From Eledone cirrhosa (taxonomy: Eukaryota): DNA of 64,000 nucleotides. The stretch lies in the NCBI GenBank assembly GCA_964016885.1, contig OZ024748.1, positions 53,134,001-53,198,000 of the forward strand. Reading direction: 5' to 3'. Below, piece by piece: positions 13,928 to 28,104 of the stretch (its first letter is position 1; each line of letters begins with the position of its first letter). The notes beneath the pieces were generated by a model. The model was not told the DNA's origin. It made no database searches and saw only the letters and a program-made list of their open reading frames with translations. Both the position numbers and the translations under genes were made by a program.

Positions 13928-14324
13928 ATGCGTATGTATGTTTGTGCATGTGTGTGTAAGTGCATATGTATATATGTACGAACGTACATTTATGTATATC
14001 TATATATGTATGTTTGTGCATGTGTGTAAGTGCATATGTATATATGTACGAACGTACAATTATGTATATCTATATATGTATGTATATGTGTATGTATGTT
14101 TGTGCATGTGTGTGTAAGTGCATATGTATATATGTACGTACGTACATTTATGTATATCTATATATGTATGTTTATGTGTATGTATGTTTGTGCATGTGTG
14201 TGTAAGTGCATATGTATATATGTACGTACGTACATTTATGTATATCTATATATGTATGTTTATGTGTATGTACGCTTGTGCATGTGTGTATATGTGCATA
14301 TGTATATATGTACGTACGTACATT

Positions 14325-14330
<6 letters not shown>
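13760..14330 (+). repeat. about 88-bp TG/TA-derived minisatellite
   Basis: GTGTAAGTGCATATGTATATATGTACGTACGTACATTTATG recurs with period 88 (14030, 14118, 14206). Confidence 0.85.
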
Positions 14331-14375
<45 letters not shown>

Positions 14376-15124
14376 ATATATATGTATATACTTACGTACA
14401 TGTGAGTGTATGTGTAAATGTATGCATGCATGTATGTTACTTATCTAAAAGTACACACATATATCCAAAGACATTCACACGTATACTCTCAACTATAGAT
14501 CCCCCAGATGCACACACATAAATATACATATACACACATATCTACTCACAAATACAGACATACATATATACATACAAATATATACCCCCATACGCACACA
14601 TACACTCACAAACGGCTCATACACACACAGGCTAACTGTAACATAAATGCGCACACATATACACATACACATATACACATACATACCCACCATGCAGTGA
14701 GTGCGCATACACACACAAGTACACATACATAAATACCACACACACGCGCACACATACACACACATGGACCCAACATACAGAGAGAGCGACATACACACTC
14801 ATACGTATGGACGTATATACACACACAGCAGGCATAAAGACATAAACACTCACACACATGCATACACATACACATACACACATATGGACCCAACATACAG
14901 AGAGAGAGAGAATGAGAGACATACACACTCATACTCGTGAACGCATACACACACGCACGCACAGAAGCATGGACACACACACACATAGACACATATATGC
15001 ACAGACATCGATCCACCACAGAGAGAGATACGTACATACTCATACGTGTGGACGCATACACACACAACCATAAACACACACACACACACACCTATACACA
15101 TATATGCAGACATCATCCCACCGT

Positions 15125-15155
<31 letters not shown>

Positions 15156-15289
15156 AGCACTCAGAGACATGTAAGCACTCACACGTGTACCACCCACTCT
15201 GTGTCATAGAGTAATGAGTATGATGAAATTGATCTGTAACAGAGATCAGTATAGATGAGGTCAAACTACGGAATGTTGTTAGTGACCCC

Positions 15290-15710
15290 CAACACAGACC
15301 ATGCTCCACCACACCAATACCCCACCCCCAGACCATGCTCCAGCCCCATATACACCCCCCCACCACCACCCTCGAGCCATGCTCCAGCCCCACCGACACC
15401 CCACCCACACCAACACCCCATCCCCAGACCATGCTCCAGCCCCACCGACACCCAACCCCCCACCAACACCCCATCCCCAGATCATGCTCCAGCCCCACCA
15501 ACACCCAACCCCCACCAACACCCCATCCCCAGACCATGCTCCAGCCCCACCAACACCCAACCCCCACCAACACCCCAACCCACACCAACACCCCACCCCC
15601 AGACCATGCTCCAGCCCCACCAACACACGACCCCACCCCTCAGACCATGCTCCAGCCCCACCAACACACGACCCCTCCCAGACCATGCACCAGCCCCACC
15701 AACACAGGAA
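15290..15710 (+). repeat. C-rich minisatellite, units of about 40-70 bp
   Basis: CAGACCATGCTCCAGCCCCACCAACAC repeated about 8 times. Confidence 0.9.
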
Positions 15711-15869
15711 CCCTTAGTCCACTGTAACCAATTCACCCCCTTTTGTATTTGTTAGTGTATCTAGGGATTAGCTGGATCAGGTTTAATAATCCCTACAGCA
15801 TACAAACAACTGCAGCCAGCTACATATGCATGTGTACTGGATAGCTATAACGCTTATATCTCCCCTCTC

Positions 15870-15934
<65 letters not shown>

Positions 15935-15940
15935 TCTCTC

Positions 15941-16001
<61 letters not shown>

Positions 16002-16008
16002 CTCTATC

Positions 16009-16045
<37 letters not shown>

Positions 16046-16165
16046 AATGCGATGAAATATCAATGATGGTTGGCAAATCACTGACGAGGGACTAATTTTA
16101 TCATATGTAACCCATGTGCAACCACGCAGTTTTCTTCTTTCTTCTCATGTTTTATATATATATAT

Positions 16166-16405
16166 GTTTGTATATGTATAATAAAGCCAAAACAATGCAG
16201 GTATCGACATAGAATAAAGAATGCAAATGCAAAAGGTATTGTTGACAATTAGTCTTTTACCTTAGATTTTATTAAATAATATAGGACATTTAAATAAATC
16301 TAAGGTAAAAGACTAATCGTCAACAATATCTTTTGCATTTGCATTTGCATTCTTTATTCTATGTCCATACCTGCATTGTTTTGGCTTTATTATACATATA
16401 CAAAC
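16166..16405. repeat. fold-back inverted repeat between TA tracts
   Basis: About 105-bp arms GTTTGTATATGTATAATAAAGCCAAAACAATGCAGG...TTTTACCTTAGATTT and reverse complement, with a short spacer. Confidence 0.9.
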
Positions 16406-16591
16406 GTTTATACCTCATTACACAATGCTTCAAGTGAACTATAACCTCCTCCTCATATATATATATATATATACAGCGGCCGTTGACAACTTCTTTTCCC
16501 GTCTTTAAGGGCCTTCACCCTGTTTTATAAGCCATTTTATAATGTCTCTGTTCATGGGCGCATCATTCTCTGTCTCCCTCTCTTTGTCTCA

Positions 16592-16681
<90 letters not shown>

Positions 16682-16683
<2 letters not shown>

Positions 16684-16950
16684 CAAAGAAGGTGTGGTAA
16701 GATACCAGGTGTGCCATAACGCACCAGAGTACTCGATATTTAGGGTAGTAGAGTGAGTAATATGAAAAGATCCAGGACCTCGACGGTTGAGCTCTGGCCG
16801 TTTCGACATCTAGATCTGAACATCGAAACGGCCGGAGCTCAGCCGTCGGGGTCCTGACTCTTTTCCTATTACCCACTCTACTACCCTAAGTATCGAGTAC
16901 TCTGGTGCGTTATGGTCCACCTGGTTCCTTGCCACACTTTCTTTGTTGTA
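16682..16950. mobile_element. palindromic (fold-back) element in (TA)n carrying the 3' half of a hammerhead
   Basis: About 125-bp inverted arms. The right arm has GAAAC-GGC-CGGAGCTCA-GCC-GTC. Family copies at 18114-18235, 21850-22290, 32865-32960 and 41317-41510. Confidence 0.8.
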
Positions 16951-17277
16951 TATATATATATACACAGAGAGGGGGGGGGTTACAAAAATATTGCTTATAA
17001 CACCACAATCCAGATCAGTGGGAATAACATTTAATGCATAACACTTACACGTGTTTCATCGTATGCATTACATATAAGTCTTGGATCGCTAATATTTGAC
17101 TATTTTATTCAAATTAACTCACATCCAACTACTTAAATAATTGTTTCTACTTTAGTCACAAGGCCAGCAATTACCCAGTGCATTACTGGTACTTTATTTT
17201 ATCGACCCCGTAAGGCTGAAAGGCAAAGTCAACCTCGGCGGGATTTGAACTACTTAAATAATAATATGTAGTTACAT

Positions 17278-17349
<72 letters not shown>

Positions 17350-17529
17350 GTGTGTGTGCGTGTATATATATATATGTGTGTGTGTGTATACAAATGTGTG
17401 TGCTTCGTTTTTGTATTTGTTTTGCCCAATTCTCAATATGTATTTGTGTGGTGAAAGAGATATTGCTATACGCCGGGCGGGCCATTCATGTCGGGACCCC
17501 GATGGCTGAGCTCTTGCTGTTTTAATAGC

Positions 17530-17590
<61 letters not shown>

Positions 17591-17871
17591 TTTGCACATA
17601 TAAACTCACATATCAGAGGAGATGTTGAGGATAAGTCAGGTCCCCGGTCATTAGGATTGCATCCTAAGCTGATCGATATTGAAACAATTATAATATGCCA
17701 ATAAAGGTTATATATGCTGCGACAGTGGCATCAATCCTACTTACATTTGTTTACGTACTGCACATTACAGCCACCTTAACTCTGGAATACAACCCAACAT
17801 GAGGGGGATCTTGTAACATCATTGAGTGCTTAGAATGACACACCACCTGTAACTAACACACACGCACATAC

Positions 17872-17907
<36 letters not shown>

Positions 17908-18076
17908 CACACACATATATATATATATACACACACATCATCATCATCATCGTTTAACGTCCACTTTCCACGCTAGCATATATATACATATATATGTACA
18001 CATTTTACTCTCTCTCTCTCTCTCTTTCTCTGTCTAACTCTCTCTCTCTTTATATATATATATATATAATGCATAT

Positions 18077-18110
<34 letters not shown>

Positions 18111-18230
18111 CATAATGCACCAGAGTACTCGGTACTTGGGGGGGGGGGGGTAGAGTGGGTAATATGAAAAGTTTCAGAACGGATCTAGCTGTCGAATTGG
18201 CCGGAGCTCAGCCGTGGGGGTCCTAAATCT

Positions 18231-18272
<42 letters not shown>

Positions 18273-18273
<1 letters not shown>

Positions 18274-19437
18274 CATCATCATCATCATCATCATCATCAC
18301 CGTTTTACGTCCGTTCTTCCTCGCTAGCATGGGTTAGACTGGTTGTCCTGTTGTGGGCAGTGTCTGGTCGGCTGACCATGCCTTGCTCATACAGGAACTG
18401 ATTCTGGCTTGATTTCTACAGCTGGATGCCCTTCCTCATTTACAATGAGTGCTGGGTGCTTTGTTCTGGGTGCCTGCAGGACTATGATGAACAGGAGAGG
18501 GCTAAGAACAGACCCCTGGTGGACACCAACCTGTACGCTAAATTCCTCGCTATACTCATTGCTAATCCTAACTTTGCTGACTGCTCCCCTATACATGGCT
18601 TGTACAGCTTTCACAAGCCATTCATCAACTCCTAGTTTTCTAAGAGCCCACCAGATTATAGCACGGGGAACTCTGTCAAAGGCTTTCTCGAGATCGACGA
18701 ATGCCAGGTAGAGTGGCTTACTTTTAGCTAGGTACTTTTCCTGTAACTGCCTCACAAGGAAGAGGGCATCAGTGGTGCCTCTTCCTGGTACAAACCCAAA
18801 TTGCATCTCATCTAGTTTCACCCGGTCCCTAATCAACTGTGCTATAACTCTTTCTGTTACTTTCATGACCTGGTCCATCAGCTTTATACCTCTATAGTTT
18901 CCTCTATCTAGTGCATCACCTTTACCTTTGTAGCAGTTGATAATGATGCTACTGCACCAATCTTTTGGTATGACACCTTCTAGTATTACCTGGTTAACAA
19001 TACGTGTGGTTATAGTGTGACCTACAGACCCAGTTGCCTTCAACATCTCAGCAGCTATACCCGATGGACCGGTTGCCTTCCCCATCTTCATATCTTTGAT
19101 TGCCTTACTTACTACGCTGCTGCTGACTTGTACTGCTGGCCCCTCTATAGGGTCTACTTGGGGGTAGGGTCTCTTCTTCCCATGCATTCTCCTCATTTAG
19201 TAATCTATCATAATTGCTCTTCCATGCATCTTTCTTCTCAGCACTTGTGAGGGCAAGCTCACCTTTATCATTCCGGATACACTTCTCTCCAATGACATCA
19301 CAATTCTCTCTGACACACTGCCTCGCAATCTTGAACACCTCCTGTTTCTGGTCCTCACGTTGCAAAACATGCTTGAATTTTCTATCCTCTGATTCCCTCC
19401 TAGCTAAGTATACTTTTCGCCTAGCTTCCCTCTTGGT
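18273..19437 (-). mobile_element. RTE-clade LINE ORF2 fragment (RT N-terminal half) fused to a SINE-type 3' tail
   Basis: ORF 18387-19196 has KATGPSGI, YKGKGDALDRGNYRGIKL, QFGFVPGRGTTDALF, AFVDLEKAFDRV and GVHQGSVLSPLLF. An upstream frameshifted ORF lies at 19105-19365. RT homology stops near 18471, before YADD. Confidence 0.92.
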
Positions 19438-19438
19438 C

Positions 19439-19498
<60 letters not shown>

Positions 19499-19593
19499 CG
19501 GCCGACTGAACTAGAAACTGCTAAATGTGTGGCCACCTTCTTGTCTCTTTGCCTTTTCAGCCCCATGGATTATATTCCTTTGTTAAATTTTGA

Positions 19594-19651
19594 ATACCTG
19601 ATGATGTCACCGGATTCATACTGAACCCGGTCATTGAAATGTTCATAGTAT
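19594..19651 (+). ncRNA. type I hammerhead ribozyme
   Basis: Stem I ATAC/GTAT, CTGATGA (19598), stem II ACCGG-ATTCA-TAC-TGAAC-CCGGT, GAAA (19636), stem III ATG-TT-CAT, triplet AUA. AATAAA at 19652. Confidence 0.65.
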
Positions 19652-19838
19652 AATAAACCTTTAAGGAATTACACCAGTCCAGCCTCCTGTTATTTTATAA
19701 TAATTAACTCCCTACTCGCACCACCAACACAAACTAAGATGGGTGAGTTACATTACATCGAGTGCTCTCCCTAATATTACATCGAGGTTGACCATACGTA
19801 ATGACCAGTTCTATCCAGTGGTGAACCAACAAACCTAA

Positions 19839-19900
<62 letters not shown>

Positions 19901-19909
19901 ATGATTATG

Positions 19910-19958
<49 letters not shown>

Positions 19959-20227
19959 GACACTCAAGGAGCTAGACACTCACACTCCTACACACAGCCT
20001 GACACGTCTACACACATATATCTATATACACATTACAGTTAGGCTAATGGATAGTCTATGACATCACATATTTGTGGAGTATAAGTTGTGTGGGTGGGTG
20101 CTGGGGTGAGGGCAATGGTATTGACTTGGCTTGGCTCGGGACTTTCTTGATCCAAATGTAAGCAGAATACTTAATACCCTCTGGAGTTAAGGGTCAGCAA
20201 TAGCTGGTAGTGGTAGAGGACAGTGTC

Positions 20228-20282
<55 letters not shown>

Positions 20283-20807
20283 CACATGTGTTCATGTATG
20301 TGCATGCATATATATCTGCATGTGTGTGTGTATGCGTGTATGAGCATGTGTGTATGTGCCTATGGTGGTGAAGGTTATGGTAGTGGTGTAGGTGGTGAAG
20401 GTGGTGGTGGTGGTGGTGGTGGTGGTGGTAATGGTGCTGAAGGTGGTGGTGGTGGTGGTCTAGGTGGTTTAAGTGGTGTCGGTGGTGTTGGTGGTGGTGG
20501 GGAAAGTGGTGGTGGTGGTGGTGGTGGTAGTTGTTGGTTTTCTTATTGTTGTTAGTAGTAGTTGCAGTGTTGTTTCAGTTGTTTAACCCTAGGTCATGCC
20601 TGACTGGTTAGACCCAGCCCCACAATCAAAGACATTACCATACATAGAACTATACATTGGATTACTACATAAGCCAAACCTTCCTTTCTCATCACAGTAG
20701 CGTGTGATTTGAGAAAGATTTCTCTGCTATTTCTAGCTAGTTGTGTGGTCAGTTTGAGGCTATCTCGTTAACTTGTTGTGATGGGTTACTCTGATCTGGA
20801 ACACCTT

Positions 20808-21575
20808 CTGGTTTAGGCACAAGGCCAACAATTTTGGTGGAGGGGAAAGTCGATTAAATCAATCTCAGTGTATTACTGGTACTTTATTTTTAATCAGCCT
20901 ATTAAGGATTAGAGGTAATGTTGATGACAGAAGATCAGTCTGAGTACAATGATAATAACAATTGTTTCTACTTTTGGCACAAGGCCAGCAATTACCCAGT
21001 GTATTACTGGTACTTTATTTTATCGACCCCGTAAGGATGAAAGGCAAAGTTAACCTCAGCGGGATTTGAACTCAGACCATAAAGGGCCGTAACTCTTTGC
21101 TGCAAAGCATGGCCTGTGAGCCTCTATCGATACTGCCAATCCACTGCCTTATTATTAATGATCATCATCATCATCATCATCGTTTAACGTCCACATTCCA
21201 CGCTAGCATGGGTTAGACGGGAGTTGTCCCACTTGAGGCAAGGTTGGTCGGGTGACCGTGTCTCGCTCATATAGGACTATCTGGCGGGTTTTCTACGGCT
21301 GGATGCCCTTCCTAACACCAACCACATTTACAGTGTGGAACTGGGAACTTTTTACCGTGTTACCTACACCTATTATTAATGATTATAATCGGTGGATTGG
21401 CAGTATCGGTAGAGGGTCGGACCCCATGCTTTCCAGCATAGTTACGTCCCTTTACAGTCTGAGTTCAAATCCTGCCGAGGTTAACTTTACCGTTCATCCT
21501 TACGGGGTCGATAAAATAAAGTACCAGTAATGTACTGGGTAATTGATGGCCTTGTGCCAAAAGTAGAAATAATTA
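20808..21575. mobile_element. SINE cluster: main family minus at 20808-20915 and 20958-21150, RTE-tail SINE at 21160-21370, main family plus at 21390-21575
   Basis: Repeated A/B boxes, core and tails in both orientations. Confidence 0.88.
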
Positions 21576-21609
21576 TTAATGATAATAATAATAATAATGT
21601 TTCTACTGA

Positions 21610-21705
21610 TTGGTTAGAGAACTGGATTCGCAGTCAAGGATTGTGAGTTCGATTCCGGGCGTTGTGTTGTGTCCTTTAGCAAGACACTTTATTTCACGTT
21701 GCTCC
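21610..21705 (+). mobile_element. second tRNA-derived SINE family (V-domain-like), truncated
   Basis: TGGTTAGAG...GTGAGTTCGATTCC head and TTGTGTCCTTTAGCAAGACACTTTATTTCACGTTGCT. Relatives at 28440-28608 (-), 29460-29650 (+) and 51440-51590 (-). Confidence 0.75.
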
Positions 21706-21849
21706 TTCTACCTGAAGTTGCGACCGATAGATAGTATTAGCAATTGTAAAGACCAATGGAAACATTTCTACTGATTGGTTAGATATATATTCTCACAAAG
21801 GAAACAGTTCTAGTCCTGTAGAGGCTCTTCTATATATATATATATATAT

Positions 21850-22287
21850 AGGAACGAGTAGGAATCCGACGGCTGAGCTCAAGCAGTTTCGACGGCTAAT
21901 TATGGACTAGATTAGTCCAGAATTAGCCGTTGAAACGGCTTCAGATCAGCCGTCGGGGTCCTACCCGTTCCTATTATCCACTCTACTACCCAAAGTACTC
22001 AATACTTAGGGTAGTAGAGTGGATAATTGTTTCTACTTTAGGCACAAGGCCAGCAATTACCCAGTGTATTACTAGTACTTTATTTTATCGACCCCGTAAG
22101 GATGAAAGGCGAGGTTGACTTTGCCTTTCATCCTTGCGGGGTCGATAAAATAAAGTACCAGTAATACACTGGGATAATTGGTGGTCTTGTGCCAACAGTA
22201 GAAACAATTATCCACTCTACTACCCTAAGTATTGAGTACTTTGGTGCGTTATGGTCCATCTGGTTCCTTACCACATTTCCTTCGTTT

Positions 22288-22290
<3 letters not shown>
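21850..22290. mobile_element. nested fold-back: hammerhead-half element containing an inverted pair of SINE 3' halves
   Basis: Palindrome 21850-21975 and a larger palindrome 21991-22243 centred near 22116 inside the SINE core. Confidence 0.85.
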
Positions 22291-22371
<81 letters not shown>

Positions 22372-22769
22372 TGTGTGTGTTTGTTTAATTATTTATTCAT
22401 TATATTGTTAAGTCAGAAATGTGTTTTGTTGCCAAGCTAATTATGTTTACATATATATCACCTTTAATAATTCATACTGTAGATGTCATATATTAGACAT
22501 TTTTATCAAACATATTTCTTTTCTCTGTCAATGTGTATGTATATATATATATGTGTGCGTATGTGTATGTATATATATGTGTGTGTGTCTGTGCATATGT
22601 GTGCATATGTGTGAGTGTATATGTGAGTGTTTTTGTGAATGTTTGTATATGTGTGTATGTGTGTGTATTTATGTATGTATGTATGTGTGTGCATATATGT
22701 GAGTGTATATGTGTGTATGATTGTGTGTGTGTGTATGTATGTGTGAGTGTATATGTGTGTGTGTGTGTG

Positions 22770-24050
22770 TGTCTGTCAGTGTATGTGTGTGCGTCTATCA
22801 GTGTATGTGTGTGTGTGTCTGTCAGTGTATGTGTGTGTGTGTGCCTGTCAGTGTATGTGTCTGTCAGTGTATGTATGTGTGTGTGTGTCAGTGCATGTTT
22901 GTGTGTGTGTCTGTCAGTGTATGTGTGTGTGTGTCTATCAGTGTATGTGTGTGTGTCTGTCAGTGTATGTGTGTGTGTGTCTATCAGTGTATGTGTGTGT
23001 GTCTGTCAGTGTATGTGTGTGTGTGTCTATCAGTGTATGTGTGTGTGTCTGTCAGTGTATGTGTGTGTGTGTGTCTGTCAGTGTATGTGTCTGTCAGTGT
23101 ATGTGTGTGTGTCTGTCAGTGTATGTGTGTGTGTTTGTCAATATATGTGTGTGTGTCTGTCAGTGTATGTGTGTGTATCTGTCAGTGTATGTGTGTGTAT
23201 CTGTCAGTGTATGTGTGTGTGTCTATCAGTGTATGTGTCTGTCAGTGTATGTGTGTGTGTCTGTCAGTGTATGTGTGTGTGTGTGTCTGTCAGTGTATGT
23301 GTCTGTCAGTGTATGTGTGTGTGTCTGTCAGTGTATGTGTGTGTGTCTGTCAATATATGTGTGTGTGTCTGTCAGTGCATGTGTATGTGTCTGTCAGTGT
23401 ATGCGTTTGTGTGTATCAGTGTATGTACGTGTGTGTCTGTCAGGGCATGTGTGTGTGTCTATCAGTGTTTGTGTGTCTGACAGTGTATGTATGTGTGTGT
23501 CTGTCAGTATATGTGTGTGTGTATCAGTGTATGTTTGTGTGTGTCTATCAGTGTATGTGTATGTGTCTATCAGTGTTTGTGTGTGTCTGCCAGTGTATGT
23601 ATGTGTGTGTCTATCAGTGTATGTGTGTGTGTGTGTATCAGTGTTTGTGTGTGTGTATCAGTGCATGTTTGTGTGTGTCTATCAGTGTATGTGTATGTGT
23701 CTATCAGTGTTTGTGTGTGTCTGCCAGTGTATGTATGTGTGTGTCTATCAGTGTATGTGTGTGTGTGTATCAGTGCATGTATGTGTGTGTCTATCAGTGT
23801 ATGTGTGTGTGTATCAGTGTCTATCAGTGTTTGTGTGTGTCTATCAGTGTATGTATGTGTGTGTCTATCAGTGTATGTGTATGTGTCTATCAGTGTTTGT
23901 GTGTGTCTGCCAGTGTATGTATGTGTGTGTCTATCAGTGTATGTGTGTGTGTATCAGTGTGTATCAGTGTTTGTGTGTGTCTGCCAGTGTATGTATGTGT
24001 GTATCTATCAGTGTATGTGTATGTGAATCAGTGTGTATCAGTGTGTGTGT
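22770..24050 (+). repeat. (TG)n-derived minisatellite CT(G/A)TCAGTGTATGTGTG
   Basis: Seen directly; units of about 16-26 bp. Confidence 0.95.
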
Positions 24051-24293
24051 GTGAGTGAGTATCTTTGTAGTATTTAGTACTATTTTGCTATTTGACACCA
24101 TTGCAGTTGTCTTTGTATGAATTAAAACAGATTGTTGAACTATAATTAAACATTGAACAGTAATTAAAATGAGTAATAAATCCTATTATTAAATATTAAT
24201 CAGAGCATATGTACATAAAAGAGAATTTATTGCTGTGTAATCAATCAGGTTTTAATTAATTCATTCATTGTATTTAGTTGTTATTATTATTGT

Positions 24294-24332
<39 letters not shown>

Positions 24333-24599
24333 GATAGTTATTGTTATTTATTGTTATTATTATTATGCTGACTTCCTGTTTTACTCTGATCACCTCGATC
24401 ACTTTTGTGTCGGCCTCGATGTCGGCGAGGACGGCAACCATCAGCCAGGGAATCTCAATGGCCGGCGGAACCCTGGGCCACTCTGATTCTTACCAGCCTC
24501 TCACCACGATAGCTAAGGACGAGTGTGAACTCATCACTTTTAATGGGGCCATGGAGCGCTCTCTGGCTTCCGGTGGGGTTTCAAATTGTTGTCCATGTC

Positions 24600-24790
24600 T
24601 GGATTGGCAGTATCGGGAGAGGGTCGGACGCCATGCTTTCCAGCATAGTTACGTCCCTTTACGATCTGAGTTCAAATCCCGCCGAGGTTGACTTTGCCTT
24701 TCATCCTTACGGGGTGTCGATAAAATAAAGTACCAGTAATGTACTGGGGTAATTGCTGGCCTTGTGCCTAAAGTAGAAACAATTATTATT
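24600..24790 (+). mobile_element. full-length tRNA-derived SINE (main family)
   Basis: GGATTGGCAGTATCGG A-box, GAGTTCAAATCCC B-box, core and tail. Confidence 0.92.
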
Positions 24791-25136
24791 GCTGACTTGT
24801 GGAGTTATGTCGAACAGCTGTTGTTGCGTGTAGAACGGATCTGGCTATGGGCCGAGTCCATAGTGAAGATCAACCCACCGCCTTCTTTTGGCCAGGAAGG
24901 GCAGGCAATATTCCGCTGCCTGGTGGCAGTTGCGAAAGAGATTGTATGGTGGACCAGGTTGAAAGGACTGAAGACAGACACTTTTCTCTTCAGCCAATCC
25001 CTCATCAACTTCTTCAAGTTTCACCTGTAAAGTAAGGTGAGGGTGGAGAGAGAAGTGCTGTCCCCCCAGTACATTTGCTAAAAGGTGGATGAATGTGGCA
25101 AGAATGAGTGGGCCTACTCTGAACATGCGCCTGTAG
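24790..25136 (+). mobile_element. Tx1/L1-like LINE ORF2 C-terminal relic
   Basis: IADLWSYVEQLL...FRCLVAVAKEIVWWTRLKG...LINFFKFHL resembles the post-zinc-knuckle W...AKxxxWxxR pattern of Tx1/L1 ORF2. Confidence 0.55.
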
Positions 25137-25364
25137 GCTGGTTAATTTTTCCAAGTTTGATAAAATAGTGTATCAGTGTAGTTGGATTTGTCCATAAAAG
25201 GTTCCCATTTCAATTAAAATCTTCCAACAAAAGAACCATATTTTAACCCTTTGGCATTTACATTACTCTATCTATAGTTTTGTGGTAAAGGCTTTACCTC
25301 ACATAATTATCTCACATAATATCGAATCTATGAGATTTTGATGATTGGACAATGAAGTCTTTAA

Positions 25365-25585
25365 CCCTTTACCATTTACATTACTCTATATATACTATTA
25401 TATGTTCACTGTAAAGGCTTTACCTCACATAATTATCTTACATAATATCAAATCTATGGGATTTTGATATTATTTACTTTGAGAACAATACCTTAATATC
25501 AGTATGAGTGACCAGTTACAGCCGGTTTGAACAGAAAGAGGTGAGAGAATTCTGGCTAGATACAGCCAGTTTAAAAGTTAAAGGG
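25365..25585. mobile_element. piggyBac-type MITE
   Basis: TTAA|CCCTTTA...TAAAGGG|TTAA ends with TTAA TSD. Partial copies at 25243-25345 and 27093-27308. Confidence 0.75.
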
Positions 25586-26585
25586 TTAAGTTACTAACTT
25601 AGTAATGAAAAAATAAGGTTAGTAAATCACTCAAAGGGCTTTATCAATTAATTGAAATAAAATGTATTTCATTTGAAATATGATCACGTGATCATGAAAG
25701 GGTTAAACATATGTATGCTCAATAAACATTGATCTGGGATTAAACAGCAACAACAGCAACAACAACAATTTAAAGAAGGTCAAATCTTACATTACTGATG
25801 ACAAAGCAGTAATGAAGAATAAATAAATGGAAAGAAGACAAAAAGGGGTCTCTTCCTTCCGCCTCCCATTTTCTTGCTCTCACATAAACCAAGAAGGATT
25901 AAAGATGACTCCCTAAAAGTTAAGGTCACATATTATTGATGGCTTCTATGTTTGTTTCTTTGTCTTTAATTGTTTTATAAATATCAACCATTTCCTCCTT
26001 ATGTCCAGTGATTCTCGTCCCCTTATATTGACATGGACCAGGGCTGGATTAGTGCACTGGATTAGTTAGTAACCCTTTAAACCTGATTGCCTTCCACTCT
26101 GCAATCATCTTTTCCACTCCTCCGCCTCTTCCTTCCCCAAAACACACGTACATACACATACATGCACACACACACACACATATATATATGCACAAGCACA
26201 CACAAACATACAACAGTGTCCTTACACACGCACATATATGCACAAGCACTCACATATTCTTACAAACATGCAACTGTATTCTCACACACCTACACACACA
26301 CACACACATACACACACACTTGTATTCTTACAAACATACAACAGTGTTCTCACACATGCACACACATGTATTCTTACAAAAGTACAACTGTATTCTCACA
26401 CATACACATATACACACACACATTTATTCTTACAAACATACAACAGTATACTCATATATATATATATATATATACACACATACACACACGCATGTATTCT
26501 TACAAACGTACAACTGTATTCTCACACATACACATATACACACACACACATGTATTCTTACAAACATGCAACTATATTCTCACAC

Positions 26586-26618
<33 letters not shown>

Positions 26619-28104
26619 ACTACATTCTCAAATACACAGTAGTGTATTCTAACAAGCACACACATGCAAATACACACACACACACACATAAATATTCCAT
26701 AATCCCACTCCTAAAACACACACACACATATACTCAAACACATAAGTATATACTCAATAAACTTAACCACATATACACACGCAGCAACATGATCACATAT
26801 ACTCATGCATGTTTACAAACACACATATTCAACTACACATGCATGCACACACATACAGACAGACACACACACACACACATACACACATCCATATTCACTC
26901 ACATCCATGAATATACACATAAATACACATATGGAAACACAAATACACATACACATGATTACGTACATAAATACACACACACAGGCATTCTACTTAGAGA
27001 CTCAAATTGCTAGAAGCAGCAGCTAAAACTCTCTCAAATCACATCATACCATGTTGAATGAAGAAGAGCACATTAGTCAAAGTAGTCTTTATCCCTGTAG
27101 CATTTACATTACTCTATATTTACTATTATATTTTCACAGTAAAATCTTACATAATATCTCACATAATATCAAATCTATGAGATTTTGATATTATTCATTT
27201 TGAGAACAATACCTTAACATCAGTATGAGTAGCCGGTTATGGCTGGTTTGAACAGAAAGAAGTGAGAGAATTCTGGTTGGATATGGTTGGTTTAAACACT
27301 AAAGGTTGATCTGTAAAAAGATGAGATAGTCACAGCTATAATACTCAGTTCTAACCTGAGGAAAATTAACAACAGTAACACTGGAACTTATTCTTTTATT
27401 CTATTCCTTTACTTCTTTTAGTCATTAGACTGTGGTCATGCTGGAACACAGCTTTGATTTAATTGATAATATTGACACCCCCAGTAATTTTTTTTTTTCA
27501 AGTCTGCTTCTGTGGTAAGAATCTCTCAGGGGAGCTGGACAGCAGAAGATCCTCAGAGAAGTTCACTCTGCTTTTTTAGTTACATGACAAACACATACAC
27601 AAACACATAAACATGAGAAATGGACACACACACACACAATGGGATTCTGCAGTTTTCATCTGCCAATATCTACTCCCAAGGCATTTCTCAAACTAAGTCT
27701 ATAGTAGAAGACACTTGTCCAAGGTACCATGCAGCTAGATTAAACCCCAAACCACATGGTTGTAAAATGAACACTGTAACCACACAGCCATGCCTGAACC
27801 TTCCCTCCTTATAGACCAAGAATAAATGTTCCTTGCCATATATATCCAGAGACTCCCAGGGACATTGATCAGCAAAACTAATCTTCAGAGATTCAAGGAT
27901 TTGGTTATTTCTGATTTCTTTGCCAATTATATTTTATCAATGGTTTTTCCATATATTTCAATGTTGTATGTCCCTTTTGTTTGGTTAATAGTACTACTGC
28001 CTACTTCTAAATTAACTCTTTTGATACCAGATCACCTGAAACCATTCCTCGTTCTATGATACAAAACTAGTTTTGTTCAAGTATGTACCTAAAAAGCTTA
28101 CACC

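Noticed and set aside
16078-16150. CTGACGA motif (repeat also at 41220-41300 on the minus strand) as a hammerhead
   Set aside because: Both copies lack GAAA and a closing stem; kept only as a TA-flanked dispersed repeat.
18387-19196. 269-aa ORF as a functional RT gene
   Set aside because: Frameshifted upstream and truncated before the YADD catalytic motif; a LINE relic.
22533-24058. Long Cys/Val-rich ORFs of 315-445 aa
   Set aside because: TG-derived minisatellite, open in all three frames.
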